Source of the DNA: Mytilus trossulus | Lineage: Eukaryota | Direction of reading: 5' to 3' | DNA length: 64,000 nucleotides | Assembly (NCBI RefSeq): GCF_036588685.1 | Contig: NC_086373.1 | Coordinates: forward strand, 25,916,001 to 25,980,000 | Part shown: piece by piece, positions 13,901 through 25,987 of the stretch | How the letters are laid out: each line of letters begins with the position of its first letter | How positions within the stretch are numbered: position 1 is the stretch's first letter | The notes under the pieces: model-generated | Databases searched by the model: none | What the model was told of the DNA's origin: nothing | The model's input: the letters and a program-made list of their open reading frames with translations, nothing else | Program-made: the position numbers and the translations under genes

Positions 13901-15655
13901 ACGGTCCGTTGCGTAGTTTGTAATTGGAAATCCTTAATGCACGGCTGGTAATCTACACATGCAGAACATTTGGTTCTGCAATGAAAACCGTGAGAGGATC
14001 TTCCGGTTGTGCTTGAGTAGAGTAATTATCACCGCTTCAAAAGGTATGTACATTTCTAAATCGTAATTTTCTTATTCAACTGATCGAAATATTGAAAATC
14101 GGGAATGCTATGCTGTGGTGAATACCACTTTAACAAAGAGATGCATGTACCATTTACTGTTGTACGTGTAGTTGAACTCCTACAAAATTAGTTGCCACAC
14201 GAGAAATTGCATAAAAAAGTTTTTTTTACGGTCAATTGATATGAATGTCGTTTTTGGTGGCGTGTACGCTGTCCAGTGTTGTTAGACATCTTTATAAATC
14301 TAAAAACTACATTTTTTCATTATTTTATGCGTGAGGGGATCGGTTCTGATTGAGGACATCGTGAATGCGTGAGCGGACGTGAAATCATATCTTAAGGTCT
14401 CTTAATATAATTATTTCAAAATTTAAATGTGACTTTTTTATGCAATTTCTCGTGGAGCAACTAGTTTTGTAGGAGTTCAACTCCACGTACAACAATAAAT
14501 AATACATTATCGCTTGGTTAAAGTATTCACCACAGCTTAGCATTCTTCGATTTTCAATATTTTGATCAACTGAATAAGAAAATTACGATTTAGAAATGTA
14601 CATACCTTTTGAAGCGGTGATAATTACTCTACTCAAGCACAACCGGAAGATCCTCTCACGGTTTTCATTGTAGAACCAAATGTTCTGCGTGTGTAGATTA
14701 CCAGCCGTGTAATGGTCGCAACGGTAGAACATAGTTTACAATACTTAATTGGAAAATCTCATTTTAACCACATTTGAAATCATTGTGAAATTGAAACCAA
14801 ACTAAAAATGTATGATAATTGGATAGAATCCTTTCATTTATTTATATCCGATAGTGTCTCTTTTTATTTTTAAAAATGGAAACGTAACTAAGAATATATC
14901 GGTTTATTCATAAATGAATTATTGCACAAAAAAAACAATTGACAAGTGATATTTAGTTGAGTCCTCATTTGACAAAATTTCACTTTTCTTTTTAGGTCGT
15001 TTGTTTATGTGTTACATATTTATTTTTCGTTCATTTTTTTTTATATAAATAAGGCCGTTAGTTTTCTCGTTTGACTTGTTTTACATTGTCATATCGGGGC
15101 CTTTTATAGCTGACTATGCGGTATGAGCTTTGCTCATTGTTGAAGACCGTATGGTGACCAATAGTTGTTAATGTCTGTGTCATTTTTGGTCTCTTGTAGA
15201 CAGTTGTCTCATTGGCAATCATACTACATCTTCTTTTTTATATTTACCTTGATCCATTGTAAATTTTGATTTTGAAAAATGTCTTTCCGACAACAGTTTT
15301 CTTCAGTAGCTCAATAGTATATATTGAAAGTTTTGAAACTCATAGGTTACATTAATTGATATATCTATACTGTTTTATGTTGTGTTGTTTGCCTGTTTGA
15401 CTTTTTTTGTTTCATTTTCAACCATGGCGTTGTAAATTTAATTTCGACTCATATGTTTTTTGCGCCTCTCTTTTTATATCTATTATATGCATTATCGAAA
15501 ATATCCTTTCTTCGAACAAATTAGACTAGTATCTGGTGTTTTTTTTTAATTTAAAAGTTATAAGGTTATACCATTATATATAATATATACATACATACAA
15601 TGCTGGCAATAGCAGCTATACTACTCAGAACCATAGTAATTATATGTGTGTTCAT
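10991..15655 (-). CDS. Cys-rich single-pass receptor paralogue B, short cytoplasmic tail (225 aa; putative IL-17R-like decoy or co-receptor)
   Basis: Exons 15655-15595, 13770-13702, 13468-13275, 12781-12710, 11837-11783, 11217-10991 give 678 nt in frame. Signal MNTHIITMVLSSIAAIASIVSA; ectodomain ends IQPGCTICDDNC; TM IVPIILGILAVFVMAVNAFIIVC; tail KWRR..NNIEYSSALQQVHIVNSRN*. Internal exon lengths 69/194/72/55 nt are identical to paralogue A. Confidence 0.85.
12378..12595 (+). repeat. Interspersed repeat family (AAAATACTGAACTCCGAGG..AAAATCAAAAGCTC)
   Basis: Related copies at about 10085-10170, 21265-21435 (inverted) and 54800-54930 (inverted). Confidence 0.6.
13940..14709. mobile_element. Foldback MITE with CAC..GTG termini and 5-bp TSD (Transib/RAG-like-type signature)
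   Basis: About 280-bp inverted arms (13940-14220 and 14432-14709), termini CACGGCTGGTAATCTACAC / GTGTAGATTACCAGCCGTG, TAATG duplicated at 13935-13939 and 14710-14714. Lies in intron 1 of paralogue B. Confidence 0.8.
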
Positions 15656-17887
15656 GGTATCTTGTCATTCTTGTCATTCATCTTGTCAAGTGAATAAACG
15701 TTTATATGCCTATAAACACTAACAAAATTCAGCATGAAAATGTATTCAAAACATGGAGATTGTCCAATCGATAACGTGTTGTGACTGTGACTTTGTCTAC
15801 ATGTCCGCGATTACGCAAAACAGCGTAAAATTGTTTCCCGTGTTATTGACGTTGTGTGGTAGTGAAGTGAGAGGAGATAGATATGTTGACGAATGAACAG
15901 AAAAACTTAAATGGTTTTAACTGTCGGAGTGTATGCCGTGTGTTTTGTATTCTATGTACGAATGTATCGTCTGTATAATACTTGCAGTGTGAATTAATCG
16001 TGACTGTTATGTTCTACAAAGATGGTGTTTAGTTATAAATTATGAACGCTCGGAATTCTACGTTAACACCAACATCATTGAAAAGCATGGAAAAGTTGTG
16101 CAAGATATGGCAAAGGAAATCTATGCCATTGACAGCAAAGATACAATGATTTCAATTTTAATTAGAATATCATTCACAGAATAAAACAGCTATAATGTTA
16201 TTTCCTGTCACCACAAAACACAATGATTACTGCGACGGTCTAAATGTATCACCAATATCGATCCTGTACTTGTAAACCCTTATATTCAAGAATAAGAGCC
16301 TTATAATATTGTACACAAGACGAGCGTGACCTATTTGAATTGCATGTTAAAATGAAAATGTTTCGCGATGTTTTTTTTCATTACATGTCTAAATAAATCT
16401 GAATTTCAATAAAAATGTTGATATAAAATAAGTATATGAGCAACATACGCTAAAATGCTTTTACCTGTTAGAATGACTCCATTCAAATATTTAAAACAAA
16501 ATGCTAATTACAGTATTATCCAATTTACATGTCGTTTAAAATTTCATTAGCTCTGTAGGTATTATCTATATGATAAATCAGTTTAAATATAGATAGATAA
16601 TATATTCGCAACTCTTTTTGTAATTAAATACACAATGTATCCTTTTATATCTTTTTAAATCTTGAATCTTAATTTTCAACTGTCTTTCTATTCATAAATA
16701 TATTACTGCAAAATGTTTATTTAGTGAACAATATCTGATTATTCTTTACATGCAAATGCATGTGTATGATACATCTTAAATGTTGTCCTTAAGATTATGT
16801 TTTGCTTATACATAAACGGAATTTTATTCTTAAATAAAATGTTTTTGTATATTCATATAAGTTACTTTAGGTTTTCAAGTATTATTCAATTATGTTCCGT
16901 GCTTTTTCCAACAGAAACACATTTTGAACTGTTATTCGTGTTGAATGTTCAAAATGAAAACCTCTCATATTTCTGAGAACTGCAATGATACTAGATGCGT
17001 TGTAGGAAATACCATCAATACCTTGTTTGTCTTTTTTTTTTTAGAACTGATGTTTAAAAAAGATTAAAAAACAACTTTCGGGAATTTTTGCTTGCAATGC
17101 TACTCAACTTCTTGTAGAATTTGGCCTTTTAATTGTCTTTATTTGAGCAGCACTAGTGAGTCATATGAAGATGTAACGCTCGTTTGGCGTAACATATTAT
17201 CGGTCTGGAATGTTTCTTGAGCTTTTATTAAACCTTTGTTTTTGCTAATGAACTGGTTTTTTTATACAAAAGTTGATAGTACTTCTACATGTGTTCGGTA
17301 TATATTAAATGTTGAAAGGATTGGATAGTCTTCATTGATTCATATATATGTTTGTACTGATAGCAATAGTTAAATTGTGTAATTCGCAAGCACGATACCA
17401 TGAATTCCAAAAAATACTCTTTTTGTGTTTTATCACTTTGCCAATCTATTGTAAAAGCAAACAAAACACTTTCATTAGTTGATCCGATATGTTTGGTCAA
17501 GTACATATTTCAACGGAACAATGTACGGGGATATTTTACAAAGATACTAGTATGTACGCGCTCACAAGTTCGGATAGTGACTGATATTTTCTCCTTGACA
17601 TGACTATACAAAGTCATAAATATGACAGTTGTTTTTAACTCGATCCGTTGATTGATGAAGTTTGGTTTAGTTAGTTTTCTCCTTTCTGAATTTATCTTAG
17701 AATTCGGTATTTTTGTTTTACTTTTTTTTCTACATCCGTATATAAACTATTTTGATCTTGCTACTAGTAACCTAAAACCTTCTGTAAAACTTTAAAGTCT
17801 TTTGTATTTTTTCTGCTGTTTTATTGATCTAAAGCTCATATACGGTATAATTACAATTCTATCTTAAACAGTACAACATGATTATCG

Positions 17888-18274
17888 AATAGACAACTTT
17901 CGAGTTCGATGCATTTCCGTCAAAAACTCTGGTTTTAGTGAACGCCATTTGTGCGTTTAGGGGTGTCGTCACTTCCATTCCAATGTTGAGCAAGTTGTTG
18001 GAAAACTATAATTCTATATTGTACGAATTATTCTGCTAATTGAGTTCTCAAAATTGACAATCAGCATTGCTGTCATTAGGGAATTGTCTTTAAGTACCTA
18101 CAGAACAACCATTATTTCTAGTTTATCCTGCACAATGACGATCACTATGACGCTTGATGAACGTAAATAGTGCAGGGATACAGGCGACCCCCTCTATCTG
18201 GTAAATGACGTCATAAAGGCGCGTATAATTGACGAGTTTTTTCCGGTGATGGATGAACTCGAAAGTGGACTATT
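17888..18274. mobile_element. MITE family with AATAGAC..TTCGAGTTC TIRs, copy 1
   Basis: AATAGACAACTTTCGAGTTC / GAACTCGAAAGTGGACTATT; homologous to 41076-41461 and 42238-42552 in the opposite orientation. Confidence 0.8.
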
Positions 18275-18464
18275 TATATGAGCTACAACTTGAGTATATA
18301 AAAAAACAGGAAATGCAAATAAACACCTGTGTTAAATTTTGCATTAAAACAAACGAAAGACTCGACAACGTGCAGTAAATAACCGACGAAAAGTATACTG
18401 CTCTGTGCTAAAGATCTATAATTAAGTTTTTCTTAGGTATCATATCTCAATTCATACTCACGAA

Positions 18465-18800
18465 ATAAAAGATACCAGAACTATAATTTTGCAATCCAGA
18501 CATGCGTTTCGTCTACCAAATTAACTCATCATATATACCAGGATTGAAATTTTGTATTTACGCCAGATGAGCGTTTGGTCAGTAAAAGACTCATTAGTTA
18601 CAAAGACCGTCTTCTACCAAGAGGCTTATTAGTAAATCAAACAAGATAATAAGGGTAAATGAAGTAAGAAGTTGACGAGCATTGTAGACAAAAAATTCGG
18701 CAACATTTTGCCAATACAGTTAAAGTATATATTCGAGGGGAAAGAAATCATCGTTAATCTTTTAAACAATTCAAAGTTTTGGTAAACAATTTATAATTAT
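18465..18800 (-). repeat. Degenerate tandem hammerhead-ribozyme retrozyme remnant
   Basis: Minus strand 18531-18496 = TGATGAGTTAATTTGGTAGACGAAACGCATGTCTGG (HHR core lacking C3 and stem I); second copy 18598-18561 = CTAATGAGTCTTTTACTGACCAAACGCTCATCTGGCG. Confidence 0.6.
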
Positions 18801-19624
18801 GACGATGATAATTGATAGGATATTAAGCTTTGTCACATACAATGAGATACAAAGTGTACATTGAAGGATAAATAACTTCTAGACACTATTGTAATATCAG
18901 AAATATTAGAAACAGAAAGAAAACAAATGAGCTTTGAATACAACAACACAAACTGCTGCTTTCAATAATTTATTATTTATTCTTAATGTATTTAATGGCA
19001 TTTAAACAAATAACAACAGAAACTAATAACTTTTAATGATTAATCGGGAGTGTTTATTTGTATTGGTGTATATGATTGTCGCCACAATTTGAAATTATTA
19101 TTGGATGCAAGTACAGTTTGTTAGCGACGAAGAGTAAACATTTATTACAAAATAACTATATAAATTTTCACACTCAGTTTCCTCGTTCCATACACTTGTA
19201 TCTGAACGATATTCCATTTTCATGGTTTGTTTAATTTTGGTAAGTTTCATTTTGGGTTCAAAGTACAGACGATGGGACTTTAATGTGGCATATCACTCAA
19301 GTGAAACTCTAAATTAATGACGTATCAAATGTGAATCTGACGACATAAATTAGCCGTTGAAAAACGGATTTAAAAAAATGCAAAGTAGTCTTTTATCTAT
19401 TTAATGTTTTAGATGTCAGTCTGATTATAGCATTACACATTAATGAAAGAAGGCATTAGAGCATATTTTTTGTTTTTATTGGTTACAATGATAATACAGT
19501 AAGATAAAATAATAAACTGAGCATAAAGGGTTGACTTTAAGATAAATTAGATTTAAGAAAGATCTTAAATGCTGATATTAAAATTCATAAAATGCCATTG
19601 TATCTGCTGTCTTTAACAATTCTG

Positions 19625-22600
19625 TTAAATGCCGACTAATTCATTGCTTTCTATTCGATTTAAAAAATTATTAAATTTATTAACCCTTTCTTTGCATGTA
19701 CCAGAAAGATCATCAAATTTCTGTAAAATGCTCTTGAAAACATTAAAAGTGTCAAAATTAAGAATTAGTAGTTCTAAATCCGGTTCAAACGACATAAAAT
19801 ATGTAGAAGGATAAAGATCTTCATCTGTCATTACCTTCTTTATTAAGATTAAACATTTAGATATAGGTCCATTATTATTGCAACTCCAAAACATATCTTT
19901 TACTACAATGTTATTAAGAATGACTATGTTTGTTCTATTTTCCAAAATTTTGTCGTGAAATGAGTATCCGGTTTGATTTTCAACGACAAAGGCTGCAGGA
20001 TCTAATACTTCAATCTTGAAAACAGTGGTGGGTATGAATGATAGTAACTCGTGAATTAATATCTTGTCAGAATTCAATGATATAATATTTATGGTCTTTT
20101 TAGATTTGTTTAGTTTGGTTTCTTGTTCTCCTTGCCCTGATATTATCTGAATTTGCCTTGAAAATGGAATATCGATGCGGTCCATTGAGTGCATTGTTGG
20201 TTTATTTTCGACGTCTTTTCCCACACTTGAATATTGTGTGTGTATGTTGTTCAGTGGTGAATCTTGATCAGTCTTCTTGTATCTACAGACCAAAATCAAA
20301 GTAACAACTGCGGCCATTATTGCAACAAAAACGCTCATAACAACTGCCAGATACAACCATTTTCTTGAATCCTCATGTTCGATACTGGCAGGACTTGTTA
20401 CCACAGCCGGTGGTATTTCTAAAAATTAAAACAAATTAATATTTTCCTTTGCTTTCATATAACTTAGGGAATGTACTACTATTTCATTGTAAAATGTTGA
20501 ACAATGCATATCAATTTTACACTGAGTACGATAGATTTGTACAATCCATCATCAGTGCACCTTTAGAATTAAGGACTCCCCACTTCAATTTTTTTTTACT
20601 ACTTGCTCTAGTTGGGAGGGCATTATTTTTATTCCCAAGTCACGTTTGTGGTAAAGGATGGCTTCTTAGTTTATGGTGGGGAATGCATAACAACAAGAGA
20701 CGATATTCTTGTCGACGAATCCGTCCATGTTGTCAAAACATTTAGAGTATAACTATATTAATCAGACTCAAAATTCTATAAACTGAATATTACTGCATTT
20801 GATATTTCGAGCACAGATTGTATACCCCTGAAACTGCGTATAGTTTTATGACCAAAGTCCCCGGGTTTTTTTTTAATCAGTACTTGGGTTACAAAATTTG
20901 TGTTCAAGACAACAATATCTGTATTTTTGTTTGATGATTTTTTATTCTGCTTAAGAAAAATTTATAACTGCAAGGCCTGGTCTCGAACCTTCTCCAATTC
21001 CATCGGTCGTTGTTTGTTACCAAAATTAGTTTCTTCTTCATTGAGGTGTGATATTTGAACATCGTTAAATTATTGTTGCCTTAATTTAATGTCTAAACAG
21101 CTTGAGAAACATCTTACCCATATCCGGCATGAATTCACAAAAATCATCACAACTGGTACATCTTGGTTGAATCTAAAGAGGGGAAAACATTAATTGATAA
21201 GACCTAAGTTTATCTTATCCTATAGTTAGTAATTGTCATTAATTTTATATTATAATCTATTGTACGTTTAATCCACCATTTTCTATATTTGAAAATGCCT
21301 GTACCAAGTCAGGAATATGACAGTTCTTGTCCATTCGTTTTTGTTACGTTTTGTTGTTTGATTTTGCCATGTGATTTTGGACTTTCCGATTTGATTTTCC
21401 TCTAAGTTCAGTATTTTTGTTATTTTACTTTTTGTATTGATTTTGTGATTAATTGTTTAAACAAAAACAGTATATTTATTACCCAATTGGCTAATACGAT
21501 AAATGTCATGGAAAGTTAACATCACTACTCAAAGATAGCAGCATTTCAATGAAAATATAACGATTCAAAACAGTAATAACCATTGATAACAAATACAGAA
21601 TATCATACTATGATAACTGAATCATGAGGGTAGTTATTTGCGTCACATACATATAGTTTCCGAAAAAAATATGTTGACAATTAAGAAATTTTGTATAAAT
21701 CTTACCGATACTGTGTACCGTTTGTTCAATTTCAATTTTTGATGAAGCGAATCTGTTAACTCGTACAAAGGAAATATCTGAAATGGAGGGGAAATATTGT
21801 TGTTAAACAAATCAAGTAATAGCCTAATATTACCAGACCAATAAAAAGCACTTCTGAGTTGACATGTTTATCATTGAAATTGTCAACGTTTGCAAAACTT
21901 TGAATTGTTCGAAATTGTAAAGGATTATCTACCCTAGAAAAAGATTATCGTAGCTGTGGTCTTTTAAACTTTAAGTTTTCGGCATTTTAAGTCTTCAATG
22001 CTCACTAATTCGTACTTTTTTATTCCAGCGTCACTTATGGGTCTGTTGTTATTGAAATGTGCGTCTGGCGTATAAAAGTTTTGTTTATTGGAAAAGTAAG
22101 TGATCAGATTCAACATGCAAGAGAACGTATATAGCAATTTTACCTGACCATATCGGAAAATAGGTATTTAGTCGGATCGTAACACGTATTTGAGATTTGT
22201 TTAAACCGGTTTTCGATAAAAAAAAAAATATATACGAAGAAATGTCAAAATGTTTAGGACTTAATTAAATCCGTATTTCGGTAATATTGTGCAAGCATAC
22301 GATTTTTATTGCGTCTTTCACTTTGAGAAGCGAATAATCTGTAACTACTTTATTCAAATATTCTGTAAAAACGTTAATTTTGAGCTATGAAAGTCAAGTG
22401 GCTCGAGAATTTTTCTGAGGAAATTTTAAAAAAGTGCAAAAAAATATTTTTACAGTGGGTTAGCTTTCATTAGTCTTCACTATCAGAATCATCATTGAAG
22501 GTGGAGCACGATTGCGCAGTTATTTAATTATATGGATGTGCCATTTGTATGATGAGTGACATTCCGTGGTATTATGTGCCAATTCGAAAAAGTTATCCGA

Positions 22601-25350
22601 GAATTGTCTCCCCTTAACAGGTTTATTTTTTTTATAATTATGTTTAGGTTTCTGATATAATTTTGAATAATTACAAAATGAATCAATGTAATATATTTCA
22701 GTTTTTGTTATTGATGTATCAAAACAATTGATGTACGAATATAATTTCATAAATTTGAAACGTTAAAAATTTTTACATACCAATATAAAGAACTTTTTAT
22801 CATTTTTGAAATAGACTATGAATGAAAATTGCATGAAATTGCTTCCCTTCATGATAGATTGATAGGGAAATGAGTATAATGACAAAAAAAAAGATAGGGA
22901 AATGAGCCAGAGTTATCTATTAGTGATGACAGAGAGGGACTAGCAAGCAAATTTTAATTGTAGCTAGTTCATTGTTAAAACAATGTTCCAATATAAACGA
23001 ATGTTATTTTATACAAATATAAGGACTTAGTTAGCTAAATCTACAAATTTTATTTGAAAATATGAATTTTTATTGCAATAGATTAATATGCTATATAATA
23101 ATACTGTACATCACATATATACTTCAACATTGTCATAACGCGGAAGGTATGTCACGCATTTAAACCAGGTTCAACCCAGCATATTATAAAATGTTCTGTA
23201 CCAAGTCAAGAATATGGCAGTTGTTATCAAATAGTTCGTCACTATGTTTGTTAGCGTTTGTGTTTGGTGTACTTTGGTGTTCCTGTTTCTCTCGGTTTTT
23301 GGTTAGTAACCCGGATTTATTTTCTTTCGTCGATTTGTGAATTCTAAATACCGATATACAACTGTTGCATTTATTTAACTTTGCACAGTTACTTTTGGGA
23401 AAGAGAATCAAGAGTTTTGATCACTCAATGCTATCCTTCAGTTACATTTTTCTTTTATTTAGATTTTCCCGGTTGGCAATCTGAGTCATGAAAATTACCT
23501 CCGATTTATTTTCACTTTTATGATTAATGTAGACCTCTGTAGTGCCGACGATTTGTTCCTCTTCATCTTGAAACCAAACCTCCAACCATAATTTATAGAA
23601 ATTGCATTTTTGCAAAAGTTTTTCACAAGGTGAGAATATAACTTCCAAATATTCTCTGTTGATTTTAGCATCCAAACATCTGCAGAAACACACTACAATA
23701 AAAGTATAAATCAATAGAGATAAAAAGTAAATCAACAAAAATATATAGCTACAAAGAAGATTCTAAACAGAAAATCCAATAACAAATGGCAAAATCTAAA
23801 TCTCAAAAACATCAAATAAATGAAAAGCAACTGTCATATCTTAATATGCTGTAATACAGCAGCTGTATCGAGTTATATTCGATTTATTTGAATATTTTAG
23901 TTTTTTGCATCGTAAACATACCTCTTGCATTTAAGCTGGGATGCGTACAGTCAATTTTGGTTATTGCAGAACATAAGTGAGCTCCGACAGCTGAAAACAG
24001 ATGAAATCAGTGGAAGTGGAATAAAATTCATTTGAAAAGTAAGGTCCCATTAAATCATTTTTTTTTTTAAATTTGGATGAATATTGATATGCATATGTCA
24101 TACAAATAAAAAAAGCTTTACCAGTATATGTACAAGAATTGAAAAATAATAATGATGTTTGCCCGTTGCTTTAATAAATCACTTGTGTTTCTATTATGAT
24201 GATAACCCCAAATCAGGCATAGAATGATAGGGCTTAAAAAAAAAACCCGCAAGCACCTTTTTGAATTACATGGTTTTTAAGAACGTATAGTTAGTTTGCT
24301 CTGTTACCAGTCAGTAGTCCTGTCTTTAATTAACCAGAATTTTTTTTTCAAACGTCTTTATCATATTTAAGATTTAAGAAGTGAAGACACGTTTATCCAC
24401 CATACAGGCATGTTGTTTCTCATTGGGCATATGAACAATATGCTATAAAGACTATTTATTATAAATTTGATCGATCAGTCAAATCAGTGAATATGACAAT
24501 TCTGGTGATTCATGTTTCTTTATTTCTTTCTGTTATATCTCATTTCTTTATAATAAGTAATAATTCTTATATGATTTGCATATTAGGGAATACGTTGATA
24601 TGATTGGTTATGAAAACTTCCTGTAGCTGATCTTGAAGTTGGTTATGTGGGAGTGTGGAAAAATAGATTCCCTTTCTCCAATTTTAAAGAATTATAAAGA
24701 TCAAACGTCTTTTCAAAGGAATTTATTGGTGTTTAAAAGAGGAACGAAAGATACCAGAGGGACAGTCAAACACATATATCGAAAATAAACTGACAACGCC
24801 ATGGCTAAAAATGAAAAAAACAAACAGACAAACAATAGTACACATGACACAACATAGAAAACTGAAAATAAGCAACACGAACCCCACAAAACAACTAGGG
24901 GTGCTCTCAGGTGCCTCGGAAGGGTAAAAAATCCGGCTCCACATGTGGTACCCGTCGTGTTGCTTATGTGATAACAAATTCAGTAGATAGTCTATAAATT
25001 CGGTACGTAACATTCATGAAAGGGAAGGTAAACTGAACCAAGTCGCTCACAAACATATCATAAAAGTCCTTTAGACTTTTAATTGTTTGTGAGTGAATTG
25101 GTCGAGTTTATACACCAATAAATTCCAAAAGGCGATTAATCCTATGCTAAATTTATTTCAGCTTGCCACTTATGTGCATGCCAGTTGTTACACTATAATA
25201 TGAAACATAAAGGATATATACATTTACTTTATTAACAAAATTTCTGTTTCAATTTCCACAAATATCTATCTTTGACTTACCTCCAGAATAAGCAATTATG
25301 AATACAGCAACAACAAAATACATGTTGATTTTGCCTTCCATCTGTGTCAT
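19625..25350 (-). CDS. Cys-rich single-pass receptor paralogue A with long cytoplasmic domain (417 aa; putative divergent IL-17-receptor-like / SEFIR-like)
   Basis: Exons 25350-25281, 23990-23922, 23692-23499, 21777-21706, 21172-21118, 20418-19625 give 1254 nt in frame. Signal ..MYFVVAVFIIAYSGAVG; ectodomain ends IQPRCTSCDDFC; TM WLYLAVVMSVFVAIMAAVVTLILVC; about 220-aa cytoplasmic region. Gene structure is high confidence; family assignment is tentative. Confidence 0.85.
24735..25030 (+). repeat. Interspersed repeat (GATACCAGAGGGACAGTCAAA..AACGCCATGGCTAAAA family)
   Basis: Second copy at about 28805-29005 adjoins a Penelope RT fragment, suggesting a retroelement-end origin. Confidence 0.65.
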
Positions 25351-25987
25351 TCATCTGCATTGAACCAAGCTAACAATAATTTGTAAGAACTTTTAATCAT
25401 GTATAATTAGACCTGGGACCAATAGATAATGCATTAATCCCGGATTAGACATTTATCAAATAGGGGTATTCTTTTCGCATTGATTAAATATAAATGGAAA
25501 ATAGAAATTTTTAATAATATTTCCGCAATGTCACTGTTTCCACGCGGAAAGAGGTCGGCTTTTAATCACAGTTAATAAGAATTAACAAAGAAGATTTTTT
25601 TTATGATCATTGAAATTAAACATTTGTTAGAGTTACACACATGACATACACGACAACTTTCAGAATTAAAATGATGTTGTTCATTAACAAAATATATAAT
25701 TCTTATCGGTTTTTATAAGATCTGTTCACGAAGATTAATTATCTACAAATTAGACAAGAAATAAATATGTTTTAGGGGGTTCAAACATTTTTTAGGCTGG
25801 TTAATATTTCGCTTTAGGCAGTGAGTTAAATTCAATTTTGTCAAAATAGGGTTACAAACAACGCAAATGTATTATTAGCTTACAAGTCAATAATTAAACC
25901 ACGTCTGCATCCATGCAAAATTTAATTCGAAATTTAGTGGAGAAGGGTTGCGCATAAGATCAGTGTGTGGTCAGCATGTTATATTAT

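Noticed and set aside
16040-16185. Coding-looking plus-strand stretch (YERSEFYVNTNIIEKHG..)
   Set aside because: Short, unassignable, no splice partners found.
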